NCBI GenBank assembly: GCA_030390025.1
Contig: CM059432.1
Span: 144,338,001-144,402,000 of the forward strand
Source of the DNA: Squalus acanthias
Lineage: Eukaryota
Direction of reading: 5' to 3'
DNA: 64,000 nucleotides
Both the position numbers and the translations under genes were made by a program. Positions 1 to 11,515 of the stretch are shown one piece after another. Below the pieces are notes generated by a model. The model did no database searches, had not been told where the DNA came from, and worked only from the letters and a program-made list of their open reading frames with translations. Each line of letters opens with the position of its first letter. Position 1 is the first letter of the stretch.

Positions 1-240
1 TAAAATAAATGATTTTGTTTGACTGGTTTCAGTCTTTTTCTTTATATTAATTTAAAGATTTGGTCTGTTTATACATTCAGCAAATAGTTTACATATTTTG
101 TCCAATGGTTATCCATCAATTAGCTGATATTGAAAATATACATGTGGTCCTCTTTACGTGTTGTAGATACAATGACAGAGCAGTCGCCCCAAGGCTGGTG
201 AAGGAAGCTGCTTTCACGAGGTGTGGATTCCCCAATCGTG
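1..240 (-). other. BMPER: Proximal 3' UTR of the BMPER-family gene (continues beyond the window)
   Basis: Immediately after the stop codon; AT-rich; no AATAAA seen inside the window. Confidence 0.7.
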
Positions 241-419
241 TCACCGGGGGCAAAAGGCTGGCTTAATGCAGCGTCCTCTGTGAAGCACCAGGCTTGCTGG
301 GCAATGGCAGCCCGCCACACACGGCTTAGTGCAAGGGCCAATTTCATTCCAGTTCTCACAGGTCTTGGTGCAGCCTGGGCCACATGTGTCGTACACAGCG
401 CTGTGCTTACACTGAGTAG
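241..419 (-). CDS. BMPER: BMPER-family last coding exon (equiv. exon 15), TIL domain and stop
   Basis: tttcag|CT...; (A)[61 protein letters not shown] at 243-241. Confidence 0.95.
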
Positions 420-639
420 CTGAAAGGAGAATGAATAAAGATTAAAAAACACGGACGCGCTTTGTTTCATCGTTATGAAGTTGAAACTTCTTTCCTTGGT
501 TTGGCCGGGGGGGTAGTTTTAGCAATCGTTCACTGTTGCTGCATTTGGGAATTCTAAAACCCAAGGGATTATGAGGTGGGTTAACAGACGAGGAGTCCCC
601 TTTACGACTCGCCTATGTCAGCCAGAGCAGGAGCAGAGT

Positions 640-960
640 TTGTGGCGGGGGCCAAAGACAATGGCTTCAGTCTTCCCAATGTTTAATTGGAAAAAATTGC
701 AGCTCAACCAGGAGTGGATGTGGGACAACAATCTGACAATTTAGAGACAGTGAAGGGGTCGAGAGAGATGGTGGCGAGGGGGAACCTGACCTGTTTTCAG
801 ATGATGTCGCCGGGGGGCAGCATGTAGATGAGAAATAGGAGGGGGCCAAGGATAGATCCTTGGGGGACTCCAGAGGTAAAGATGCAGGAGTGGGAAGAGA
901 AACCATTGCAGGTGATTCTCTGGCTATGACTGGATAGGTAAGCGTGGAACCAGGCGACGT
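640..960 (-). mobile_element. L2-like LINE reverse transcriptase fragment
   Basis: WFHAYLS...TSGVPQGSILGPLLFLIYMLP RT motif, degenerate. Confidence 0.8.
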
Positions 961-1127
961 CTTTCATACTTTCCATACTTCCAAAACTAATCATTAGAAG
1001 AACATTTATGAAACAAAAACAGGATGCCGTGTGTTTGGAGGGTGGTGAATATTTGCCTGCTGTTGAGAAGATCGCCCTGGAGAATCCCCAGAATTGAGAG
1101 CTCTCACACCAGGTGTAAAGGAAGTTC

Positions 1128-1226
1128 TAGACTGGGAACTGTGCCCAAACACATTGAACCCAAGACCCTTACAGTCAGCTGACTAAGTCTGGGTGGATTT
1201 GAACACAGGTCCCAGAGGTGAAAGAA
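1128..1226 (-). mobile_element. Degenerate tRNA-derived SINE fragment, LF-SINE-like
   Basis: ctttcacctctgggacctgtgttcaaatccacccagact...gctgactgtaagggtc; B-box GTTCAAATCC; resembles the LF-SINE 5' region as recalled. Confidence 0.45.
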
Positions 1227-1435
1227 CAAGGTGGAAGTCCCTGAAACGCCCACTCCGCACAAATCCACGCCTCTGCTACAAAAGGTCAAATCTGGAGAAA
1301 GTGTGTGCGTGAAGTTGCTCAATGTCCAGATCTCCACCTGCAGTAGATCAATGTGGTAACGTTTACAAAACACTCTTGCAAGGATCGAGCAACATGCAGA
1401 TTTGCCCAGCTCCTTGTCCATAACTGTGACCTTAC

Positions 1436-1566
1436 CGAGGCAGCTCATCTCCGGCCGCCAGTGGACATGGACACCCTCTCTCTGACAGGCTCGCGTGTAG
1501 GCGATCAGGGACTCACAGTAACAGTTCTTGTGTACTGGACACTCACACATATCTGTGACGCACGAC
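1436..1566 (-). CDS. BMPER: BMPER-family coding exon (equiv. exon 14), C8 domain
   Basis: tcatag|G...CTCG|gtaagg; 131 nt; (R)[43 protein letters not shown]. Confidence 0.95.
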
Positions 1567-1792
1567 CTATGAGAAACACAACGTCCACATGAGAACATGA
1601 CACAAGGAAATAAGGAAGCAACGGGGTCCAAGAAGGGATTGACCGACGTTGCAATTGACCAATTGAGCGACGGGATGTTTAACTTGCCGAAGAAGCAAAC
1701 CTAAAATTCTGCCTATCTCTGTACATTAAAGCTCTCTTCATCTCTACATCTTCATTTTTAAGTGTTTCTCTTCAATACTCTATCCTCATATT

Positions 1793-2110
1793 TTCGGATG
1801 ATACGTTAACCCGAGGCCCCGTCTGCTCTCTCTCTCGTGGACGTAAACGATCCCATGACATTATTGGAAGAAGAGCAGGGGAGTTCTCCCCGGTGTCCTG
1901 GCTGATATTTATCCCTCAATCAACACCTAAAAACAGACTGTCTGGTCATTACCACGTTGCTGTTTGTGGGATCTTGCTGTGCGCAGATTGGCTGCTGCGT
2001 TTCCTACATTACAACAGTGACTACACTTCAAAAGTACTTCACTGGCTGTAAAGCGCCTTGGGACGTACTGAAGTAGTGAAAGGCGCTGTAGAAATGCAAG
2101 TTCTTTCTTT
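1793..2110 (+). mobile_element. Deu-domain SINE (SacSINE1/AmnSINE-like), 5' truncated
   Basis: ttcggatga...ccgaggccccgtctgctctc...gaagaagagcaggggagttctcccc core; tail aaggcgctgtagaaatgcaagttctttc. Confidence 0.85.
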
Positions 2111-2449
2111 CTTGACTTGATCTTCAGTCCTCCCCATGACTGGGGTCCATGCAGGAGTGGGTGGGAATCAGTTTCACAGCCTGTGCAATGTAATCTTTCA
2201 TCGAGCTGGACTCTGCTCCCGACACCCATCACCCAGTTCAGCAGTAGCTCAGGCCCCATCTGCCTCGGTCCAATCACTGCGGAGATGAGCGCAACGCGAC
2301 CAACGCAATTCTTTGTTGCTGTTGGTTGTCTCCATCTTCGCCCCTGTTCCAAATCCCACAATTGTCCAGATTAACCTCACCCCTAGCTCTTCATACATGA
2401 TCCCTTCCATCACTGGAGCTTCCTGGTACGAGACACTCAAGACTCTCGG

Positions 2450-2713
2450 TCCCTCAGTCTAGACGTTGGTTATAGGATCAGAGTGTCTGTCAATCAGTCT
2501 GGACATTGGTTTATAGGATCGAGGTATCTGTCCCTCGGTCTAGACATTGGTTTATAGGATCAGAGTGTCTGTCACTCAGTCTAGATGTTGGTTTATAGGA
2601 TTGCAGTGTCTGTCCCCCAGTCTAGATGTTGGTTTATAAGATTGCAGTGTCTGTCCCCCAGTCTAGATGTTGGTTTATAGGATTGCAGTGTCTGTCCCTC
2701 AGTCTAGACGTTG
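2450..2713. repeat. ~42 bp minisatellite, ~6 copies
   Basis: cagtctagatgttggtttataggattgcagtgtctgtcccc repeated. Confidence 0.9.
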
Positions 2714-2748
2714 CTGGACGGAGTGGGGAAGACACTAAATTAATGATG

Positions 2749-3860
2749 TTGGGCCGTATATTCCGATCCCTACGGGTGTGTACGAGGTGTACCCGTAGGG
2801 ACATCGGAAATGCCGGTCTGAGGCATGCGAAGTGCATGCGCTGAAAACCGGCATTTCCGATCTGTCAAGAATGCTCTCGACAGATTGGACGCCTGCCCTG
2901 GAGAAGGGCCTCTGCGGGTGGATAGTTCCGCTTTCTGGAGAACCTCCGCCCGCAGAAAACCCTTAGCAATCTTACACCTGGTAAAAGCAGGCGTAAGGCT
3001 TGCTTTTACCAGCATAAGATTTGAAAAAAATTTTAAAAAATATATATACAGGAAACTCTTTGGTATCCGGCACCGACGGGACCGGCGTGGTGCCGGTTGA
3101 TCGAAAGTTCCGGATAACGGAGAGTTATATCTACCGAGGCTATTTTTAACAAAGAAAAATAAAAAAATCAGGAAATGTGCAGTATACAGTATTTGGGTAC
3201 TCACCTACAGAATGTTGTGTTAAATGGATGGTGGAAGATGCTTGATTAAGTACAGTACTACCCCCACTGACTAACTCGGCGTTCGCGGGCTCGGGCTCGG
3301 ACTCGGCAACATTGCCGGTTATTTGAGAGGAGTTTTCGGAGGATGATTTTTGCCGGTTAAGAGAGAATTCCGGATATTTAGGTGCCGGTTAAACAAGAGT
3401 TTCCTGTATATTTTTTCACTCATTTATCATTTAAAAATACTTTTAAAAAAAGGTAAGTTTATTTTTAGCCCCGTAAAAAACTTTAATTATTTTTTCAAAA
3501 ATTTTGTTTTAAAATATTTAATTTATTGTAATTACAACTCATTTTAAAAATGTGGTTTTTAAAAAAAAATTATTTAATGTTTTAAAGTGTTTTCGGGGTG
3601 ATCTCCATTCATATATTTGACAGGTCTATCTGTCAAGTGTATGAAGGGAGATTCCCTTCTCCTATTGGCTCCCCGTGGCCCCAGGGACGCTTGCGAACCG
3701 CCTGCGCCCCTGGGATACGTGGGCCCTGCGCATTTTGAGTCTGGAGAGGCCCAGGATCGGAAGTGTCCGGACCTCGGGAACCCTCGGGTAAGGGCGGAGA
3801 TTTTTTCCAGATTGGAGGCCTCCGCACGCGGGAAGCCTCCGATCGGAAAGTACGGCCCAA
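2749..3860. mobile_element. Non-autonomous DNA transposon (MITE, possibly PIF/Harbinger-like)
   Basis: TIRs ttgggccgtatattccgatc / gatcggaaagtacggcccaa (18 of 20 match); no clear TSD. Confidence 0.7.
3049..3406. mobile_element. Tc1/mariner-pogo (Tigger-like) MITE nested in the previous element
   Basis: TA TSD at 3047-48 and 3407-08; TIRs caggaaactctt..ccggcac / gtgccgg..aagagtttcctg. Confidence 0.85.
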
Positions 3861-4014
3861 TCTGTTTCCTTGTTTCAGTTGCAAAGTAAAACCAACTCCC
3901 AACAAAGGCCAGACAGTAAAATTCTCGGCACAGGTTAATTCATTTCAAGCCAGCGAGCGCTTCTCAGGATGGTTTTAGGGGTTCAAATGGACCTTTAGAT
4001 TAGCAGAAACAACA

Positions 4015-4090
4015 ACAGAAAACGCTGGAAAAACTCAGCAGGCCAGGCAACATCCGTGGAGAGAGAAACAGAGTTAACGTTTCAGGTCGA
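4015..4090 (-). mobile_element. Penelope-like element terminal fragment
   Basis: Near-identical to 28155-28225 (gctggaaa..actcagcaggccaggca.catccgtggagagagaaacagagttaacgtttc). Confidence 0.7.
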
Positions 4091-4742
4091 AATATTTTAT
4101 ATTTTAGCAGGTTTATTCTGGCCTTTATGGAGCTGCTGACTAGCTGAGATTCTGAGCCTGTTGCCAGCAGCTTTTACACAAACACGAGAGCCTGTTCACT
4201 ATCCCGTGTTCCCACAGTAATCAGCAATGGCACAAAACCTGGCACAAACAGAAACAGACCCCTGAGATTACACAGAGCCATAAACAAAATAATCCCGTGC
4301 GTATATTGAGAAGAAATCCTTTTTCTTGTGTCTGCCCAGATTTCACACCCTGGGCTCACTCTGCCACCTAGTGGAGAACCAGGACACAGCTGAGCCGGAC
4401 AGCTCAGTGTGAACAAACTTAAAACAAGTCCAATGATAAATGTAATCGACGTTTCAGGACACGATTCCTGCAAAAAGGAACTTAAAGTTTGCTCGTTAAC
4501 AAGTTCCACACTATTTGCTTGTCTTAAAATTCTTAACTTTATCAGGAAGAGTCCATGAATCGGAAGAATTAAACATGAAACTACCTAACCCACTCCACAC
4601 TCCTGGGAAATACGATTTTAGGGTTGTTTTAAAAAAAAATGCAGTCTTTTTTATTAACAATGTCTGGTCACATCAGACTGAAGTAGGAGCCGAAAAGCAG
4701 CCTTTCCCTGGACTGAACTCCTGAAACGCTGGATGGGCAAAT

Positions 4743-6171
4743 ACTAACAGGTGAAACAGGAGCCTTGCACCATCAGACACTAACCACAGCTCACTAACAG
4801 GTGAAACAGGAGCCTTGCACCATCAGACACTAACCACAGCTCACTAACAGGTGAAACAGGAGCCTTGCACTATCAGACACTAACCACAGCTCACTAACAG
4901 GTGAAACAGGAGCCTTGCACCATCAGACACTAACCACAGCTCACTAACAGGTGAAACAGGAGCCTTGCACCATCAGACACTAACCACAGCTCACTAACAG
5001 GTGAAACAGGAGCCTTGCACTATCAGACACTAACCACAGCTCACTAACAGGTGAAACAGGAGCCTTGCACTATCAGACACTAACCACAGCTCACTAACAG
5101 GTGAAACAGGAGCCTTGCACCATCAGACACTAACCACAGCTCACTAACAGGTGAAACAGGAGCCTTGCACTATCAGACACTAATCACAGCTCACTAACAG
5201 GTGAAACAGCAGCCTTGCACTATCAGACACCGACCAAAGCTCACTAACAGGTGAAACAGCAGCCTTGCACTATCAGACACTAATCACAGCTCACTAACAG
5301 GTGAAACAGCAGCCTTGCACTATCAGACACCGACCAAAGCTCACTAACAGGTGAAACAGCAGCCTTGCACTATCAGACACCGACCAAAGCTCACTAACAG
5401 GTGAAACAGCAGCCTTGCACTATCAGACACTAATCACAGCTCACTAACAGGTGAAACAGGAGCCTTGCACTATCAGACACTGATCACAGCTCACTAACAG
5501 GTGAAACACTATCAGACACTGATCACAGCTCACTAACAGGTGAAACAGGAGCCTTGCACTATCAGACACTGATCACAGCTCACTAACAGGTGAAACAGGA
5601 GCCTTGCACCATCAGACACTAACCACAGCTCACTAACAGGTGAAACAGGAGCCTTGCACTTTCAGACACTAACCACAGCTCACTAACAGGTGAAACAGGA
5701 GCCTTGCATTATCAGACACTAACCACAGCTCACTAACAGGTGAAACAGGAGCCTTGCACCATCAGACACTAACCACAGCTCACTAACAGGTGAAACAGGA
5801 GCCTTGCACTATCAGACACCGATCACAGCTCACTAACAGGTGAAACAGGAGCCTTGCACTATCAGACACCGATCACAGCTCACTAACAGGTGAAACAGGA
5901 GCCTTGCACCATCAGACACTAACCACAGCTCACTAACAGGTGAAACAGCAGCCTTGCACTATCAGACACCGACCAAAGCTCACTAACAGATGAAACAGGA
6001 GCCTTGCACTATCAGACACTAACCACAGCTCACTAACAGGTGAAACAGGAGCCTTGCACTATCAGACACCGACCAAAGCTCACTAACAGGTGAAACAGCA
6101 GCCTTGCACTATCAGACACCGACCAAAGCTCACTAACAGGTGAAACACTATCAGACACTGATCACAGCTCA
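4743..6171. repeat. 50 bp minisatellite, ~29 copies
   Basis: actaacaggtgaaacaggagccttgcacYatcagacactaaccacagctc; two units carry the same 11 bp deletion. Confidence 0.97.
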
Positions 6172-7084
6172 TGTTCTGCTTTTTAATGTTTTTTGTGCAG
6201 GATTGGGATGTATTCTGAGCGTACAGGGAAGATGACCATGATGAATAGCAGGGAAGGTCGTGCTTTAACGCTGGTCTCATGCAACTCGCACACTGAAATG
6301 TATTTACAACAGACTGGCTGTCTCCCAGGGATACAGGAATTTACGTTCGAAATTGCAATGATCTAAGTGAGCAGTAGATGAAATAATACCTTTCCCAGCC
6401 CTGTCATGTGAAGAAGAGTTCACTGCTGTCAAGGCTAGCTGAGTAACTTCTAATACCAGAGCACGACAGACAGTGAAACCGCCAACTGAGATTAAACCGG
6501 TTGACTTTCAGCAGTGGATCAAGCTGGCCGCTCAGTTCCTCACTAACCCATCCGCTGAAACTGCCAAACCAAGCAGTCCTTCAGTTTGTAAACTGGGTGA
6601 AATGTGAAGCATGTTTCCTTAGTTTGAGCCGGAGCCAGTGATCTCTCCCAGGTGACTCACTAGTGTCCAGAATCAGATACTTTTCACATATTGTTTAAAC
6701 TGCCTCCTCAGAGGAGGAACAGCCTGTGACTCTCTCGGTGCTCCCGTCCACTGCAACGCTCTCTGACACCAAGTGTTTCTGGCAGAGTTTTTGTACAACC
6801 GCTGCTATCAACAGACTGCACTGCACACATTCACGGGGAGAATGCTAGTGAGTCATATCAGGCAGGAAGGGTTTAGGAACACACTGTACAGTTCAGCGGA
6901 TTATCACAACTCCCCTCAAACCCTCTGCCAAACCGTGTCCTTGTTGCCCACCGCGGCTTTGCTCAATTATGCAGATAATCCGCTCCAGCAAATCTGTACC
7001 CAAAAAAACACCAAACCCATTAATGGTTAGGCCAAGTTGGGAAATTCAGCTCCATAAATCTGGCCATTTGTAGCTGGCACCAGA

Positions 7085-7230
7085 TAAAGTGACCATGAAG
7101 CTGTCGGATTGTCATAAAAACCCAACTGGTTCACTGATGTCCTTCAGGGAAGGAAACCTGCCGTCCTTACCCGGTCTGGGCCTACACGTGACTCCAATCC
7201 CGCACCACACGGTTGACTCAATGCCCTGAA
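7085..7230 (+). mobile_element. Fragment of the tRNA-headed LINE/SINE family 5' UTR
   Basis: gtgaccatgaagctgtcggattgtc...ggaaggaaacctgccgtccttacc matches 62050-62150 (-) and 8030-8135 (-). Confidence 0.8.
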
Positions 7231-7892
7231 GGTGACAATTGCTCGGAGACTCTCTGCCAGTGCCTTGTCGCCCACAGCAAGGAATGGGTGAGATATGGGC
7301 CCTCGCCTGTCTCGGGAGAGCGGACCCAATCACCTGATGACATTCGACGAGCTCAGGCCCCCAGAATCAGGATTTTTCGCCAGAATAAAATCAGTGCCCG
7401 AGCGGAGGCCACTCTGTGCTTGTTCTCAAACTTCAGACAGCGGCCCTAACAGGGCCAGTTTGTGTTTAGTGGGGCGCGGTCTTTATGAAGGTCTTTCTGT
7501 TCTGAGCTTAAAAACACACAGTTTAATGTAAATCTCTCCAATTTGTTCACTTGAATGGGACATAACTGCGGCAAATTATGAGGCAGGGCTGCTCTGTCCC
7601 TGTGAAAGGTTTGTCGAATGTTTATTACTGGGGACAGTGACCCTGTAATAGTCACAAACCTTCCTGGCCACAGAAGTCTGTCGGGGCAACCTCCCACAGC
7701 GAGGGCCGGGAGGAGCAGCCTGGTGGTGTCGGAGTATGTGGGGTCTGGGGGAGGCCACCCGCATCACTAGGGAGTGGCGATGGTGCGGTGGGGGGGGTCG
7801 CAAAATGTGGCAGTGGCTACCCGCTCCATTGGGGGGGGGGGGGGGGGGGAGGGACTTGTTCAATGCCGCCCAAAAACCAGCGGGATTTTAAA

Positions 7893-8580
7893 TATTAATT
7901 TGGGCGTCGCTGGCAAGGCCGGCATTTATTGCCCATCCCCAGTTGCCCTAAGAAGGTGGTAGTGGGCCTTCTTCTTGAACCGCCGGTAGAGGTTTGATAC
8001 AACTTACTAGGCCAATTCAGAGGGCAGTTAAGAGTCAACCACGTTGGTGTGGGACTGGAGTCACGTATAGGCCCAGACCGGGTAAGGACGGCAGGTTTCC
8101 TTCCCTCAAGGACATCAGTGAACCAGTTGGGTTTTAACCGATACAAGACTCCCAAAACAAGCGCTCTACTCGGAGCTCCGACACGGTAAGAGAGCCCCAG
8201 GTGGGCAGAGGAAACGCTTCAAGGACACCCTCAAAGCCTCCTTGAAAAAGTGCAACATCCCCACCGACACCTGGGAATCCCTGGCCCAAGACCGCACAAA
8301 GTGGAGGAGAAGCATCCAGGAAGGCGCCGAACACCTCGAGTCTCTTCGCCGGGAGCAAGCGGAAGCCAAGCGCAAACGGCGGAAGGAGCGCACGTCAACC
8401 CAAGCACCCCACCCACCCGCCCCTTCAACCACCGTCTGCCCCACCTGTGACAGAGACTGTAGGTCCCGCATTGGACTCATCAGTCACCTGAGAACTCATT
8501 TTTAATGTGGAAGCAAGTCATCCTCGGTTCCGAGGGACTGCCTAAGAGGAACCGCAATCTGACAGCTTCATGGTCACTTT
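7893..8580 (-). mobile_element. Bipartite SINE-like derivative (5' UTR + 3' tail of the 59-62 kb LINE), interrupted by an RTE
   Basis: 5' UTR sequence joined directly to the tail gcggttcaagaag...gggatgggcaataaatgccggccttgccagcgacgccca; continues at 8555-8580 after the RTE. Confidence 0.8.
8141..8549 (+). mobile_element. RTE-clade LINE 3' end with C-terminal C2H2-like zinc finger
   Basis: TRLPKQALYSELRHGKRAPGGQRKRFKDTLKASLKKCNI...CPTCDRDCRSRIGLISHLRTHF*; flanked by aaccg direct repeats. Confidence 0.88.
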
Positions 8581-8641
8581 TACAGACACGGGTGATGGGA
8601 GCTGCCTGTAGCCAGTGGAAGACTCGCAGGTGAACACTCAC

Positions 8642-8978
8642 CTGTAGAACAAGACGTAATCTACCTTCGAGTGGCAGTTCTTAAACGCCCAGGACTTCAG
8701 TTTCTGGCATTCCCGGTGAGCGCGGAACTTGACCTTTACGATTCCAGAGCAGAGATGAGGCCGCAGCCTCCGCTGGGGTCGGTTACAGACTTTGTTCGTT
8801 TCCACTCGCCACGATTCAGCAAACGCATCAACGTCAAACTTGAAATTGCCGTCTCCACCAATCAGGTCGTCTCGCTTGTGCCCGTTGTAGTTTCCGCACA
8901 GACCACAAAGTCTGCCCTTCAGTTCAGGAGCCGCCATCACCTCCACAAAGCTGTCTCCGTCCCAGGAGATCACAATAC
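8642..8978 (-). CDS. BMPER: BMPER-family coding exon (equiv. exon 13), VWD/C8
   Basis: gtttag|GT...TACAG|gtgagt; 337 nt; (G)[37 protein letters not shown]...VDYVLFY. Confidence 0.96.
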
Positions 8979-9032
8979 CTAAACAAAGGAAGAATGTGTT
9001 ACTGGGAACTCGCGACAACGCACAACCTTTCA

Positions 9033-10081
9033 CTGCCAGCCACGGCCCAGTGGGCAGCGCTCTCGCCTCGGAGTCAGAAGATCGTGGGTTCACGTCTCAC
9101 TCCAGAGACTTGAGCACAAAATCCAGGCTCGCACTTGAGTGCAGTGCTGACGGAGTGCTGCACTGTCGGAGGGGCAGTGCTGACGGAGTGCTGCACTGTC
9201 GGAGGGGCAGCGCCGAGGGAGCGCCGCACTGTCGGAGGAGCAGTACTGAGGGAGCGCTGCACTGTCGGAGGGGCAGTACTGCAGGAGCGCCGCACTGTCG
9301 GAGGGCCAGTACTGAGGGAGTGCTGCACTGTCGGAGGGGCAGTACTGAGGGAGCGCTGCACTGTCAGAGGGGCAGTACTGAGGGAGTGCTGCACTGTTGG
9401 AGGGGCAGTGCTGAGGGAGCACTGCACTGTCGGAGGGGCAGTACTGAGGGAGCGCTGCACTGTCAGAGGGGCAGTACTGAGGGAGTGCTGCACTGTTGGA
9501 GGGGCAGTGCTGAGGGAGCACTGCACTGTCGGAGGGAGCGCCGCACTGTCGGAGGGGTAGTGCTGAGGGAGTGCTGCACTGTCGGAGGGGGAGTACTGAG
9601 GGAGCGCCGCAGTGTTGGAGGGGCAGTACTGAGGGAGTGCTGCACTGTCGGAGGGGCAGTACTGAGGGAGTGCTGCACTGTCGGAGGGGTAGTGCTGAGG
9701 GAGTGCTGCACTGTCGGAGGGGTAGTGCTGAGGGAGTGCTGCACTGTCGGAGGCGCCGTCTTTCGGATGAGGCGTTAAACCGAGGCCCCGTCTGCTCTCT
9801 CAAGCGGACGTAAAAGATTCCATGGCACTACTGGAAGAAGAGCGGGGGGAGTTCTCCCCGGTGTCGTGGGCCAACATTTTTCCCTCAACCAACATCACTA
9901 AAACAGATTAGCTGGTCATTATCCTATTGCTGTTTGTGGGAGCTTGCTGTGCACAAATGGGCTGCCGCGTTTCCTACATTACAACAGCGACTACACTTCA
10001 AAATGTTCTTCATTGGCTGTAAAGCGCTTTGGACGTCCGGAGCTGGCAAAAGGCGCTATAGAAATGCAAGACTTTCTTTCT
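9033..10081 (+). mobile_element. Full-length Deu-domain tRNA SINE with an internal tandem expansion
   Basis: tRNA-like head (ggcccagtgggcagc...gggttcacgtc), Deu core and tail; 9140-9750 is expanded. Confidence 0.88.
9140..9750. repeat. ~33 bp minisatellite inside the SINE
   Basis: cagtactgagggagtgctgcactgtcggagggg repeated ~18 times. Confidence 0.95.
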
Positions 10082-11207
10082 CAGCGTGCCCTCACTGTGC
10101 CTTCTCGATAATACCAGGGTGATTGTGGAATCTGGACCTGCTGCTAGTGTGAAGCGTCGCTAACTGGGAGTGCAGGTCAGAGCTAGGGCCAGAAAATGAT
10201 GACCCCAATTTTCTGCCCTGGGTCTCTATTACTTGCACCACACTGTACAGCTTGTCCAGTGCCGGGATTTTCAGCCCTTGGGGGGTCCAGACACTCGTGT
10301 CCAAACCAGTGGGTGGGCCACATTCGATTGTGTAAAATTGCAAGTCCCCAGACACATAAATCGAGATCCACTCACACACAAAAAAACCTCACTGTGCATC
10401 AAACCTGAAGACTACGCAAAGCACCAGAACTCCAACATCCCCCTCCATCCTCCTGCTCCTTTCCCCATCCTTCCCCTCCCCCAATGACTCGTTCATTTGC
10501 TCTATTATTCTTGATTTCCCGACCGCCTTTTTTCTCGTCCTCCCTCCTTTTCTGCCTTTGTTCAGTTCTGTGTCTCTCCTCTTCTCCCTCTCTCTTGTTT
10601 CTCTTCTTCTGTCTCCCTCTCTCTGTCCTCTTATCTGTTCCTCTCTCTTTCCCCTCTCAGATTCTCCCAACCAAAATGATGACAGGCGATCGGAGAATCC
10701 CGAAGGAAATTTCCACTTAAAATTTAAATCTGAATCTATTCTGATTTGGAAAAAGACAATCTACAATTTTGTCCGATTTAAACAGAGGTTTCAAGTCGTT
10801 GGGCTGTTACCGGATTCAGACTGACCTGTAGTACTGAAGGGTTCACACAGATACATAAATATAACTGACTGGGCTTGTCCAGTGAAGCATGTCGAGCGAG
10901 CGGGGAAAGTCGGGAGTGATTGAGTGAGCAAGAGGTCAGGTGTCCCGAGAGATCCTGAACAAATTCGTCAGATGCTTAAACTGAAGGAGGTGCGAGTAAT
11001 TGTGATGTGACAAAATGACGAACATTTCATTCTTGATGTCACTTATATTTAATTAAAACTTAAGTATCTGCAAAGGAAGAGTCCCGATCGACCAGCTCCA
11101 CCAGTTCCTCGATGCGTGTTCCTGTGCTGAGTGAATGTGTCCTATGTACTGACGGCAGCCCTTTGTGGCTTTATTGCTGGTATTGTTTGGGAGGAGGTGT
11201 CCCTAAA

Positions 11208-11515
11208 CTGGGATTTGGAGAGCTGAGCTGGGATTTGCAGAGCTGAGCTGGGATTTGCAGAGCTGAGCTGGGATTTGGAGAGCTGAGCTGGGATTTGGAG
11301 AGCTGAGCTGGGATTTGGAGAGTTGAGCTGGGATTTGGAGAGCTGAACTGGGATTTGCAGAGTTGAGCTGGGATTTGGAGAGTTGAGCTGGGATTTGGAG
11401 AGCTGAGCTGGGATTTGCAGAGCTGAGCTGGGATTTGGAGAGCTGAGCTGGGATTTGGAGAGCTGAACTGGGATTTGCAGAGTTGAGCTGGGATTTGCAG
11501 AGTTGAGCTGGGATT
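11208..11515. repeat. 20 bp minisatellite, ~15 copies
   Basis: ctgggatttgSagagctgag. Confidence 0.95.

Noticed and set aside
4445..4480. Additional hammerhead (cctgaaacgtcg on the minus strand)
   Set aside because: No CUGANGA core or stem II
4743..6171. CRISPR-like regular array
   Set aside because: No unique spacers, no cas genes, eukaryotic intron
8242..8505. Host C2H2 zinc-finger gene
   Set aside because: It is the C-terminus of an RTE ORF with a retroposon tail and TSD
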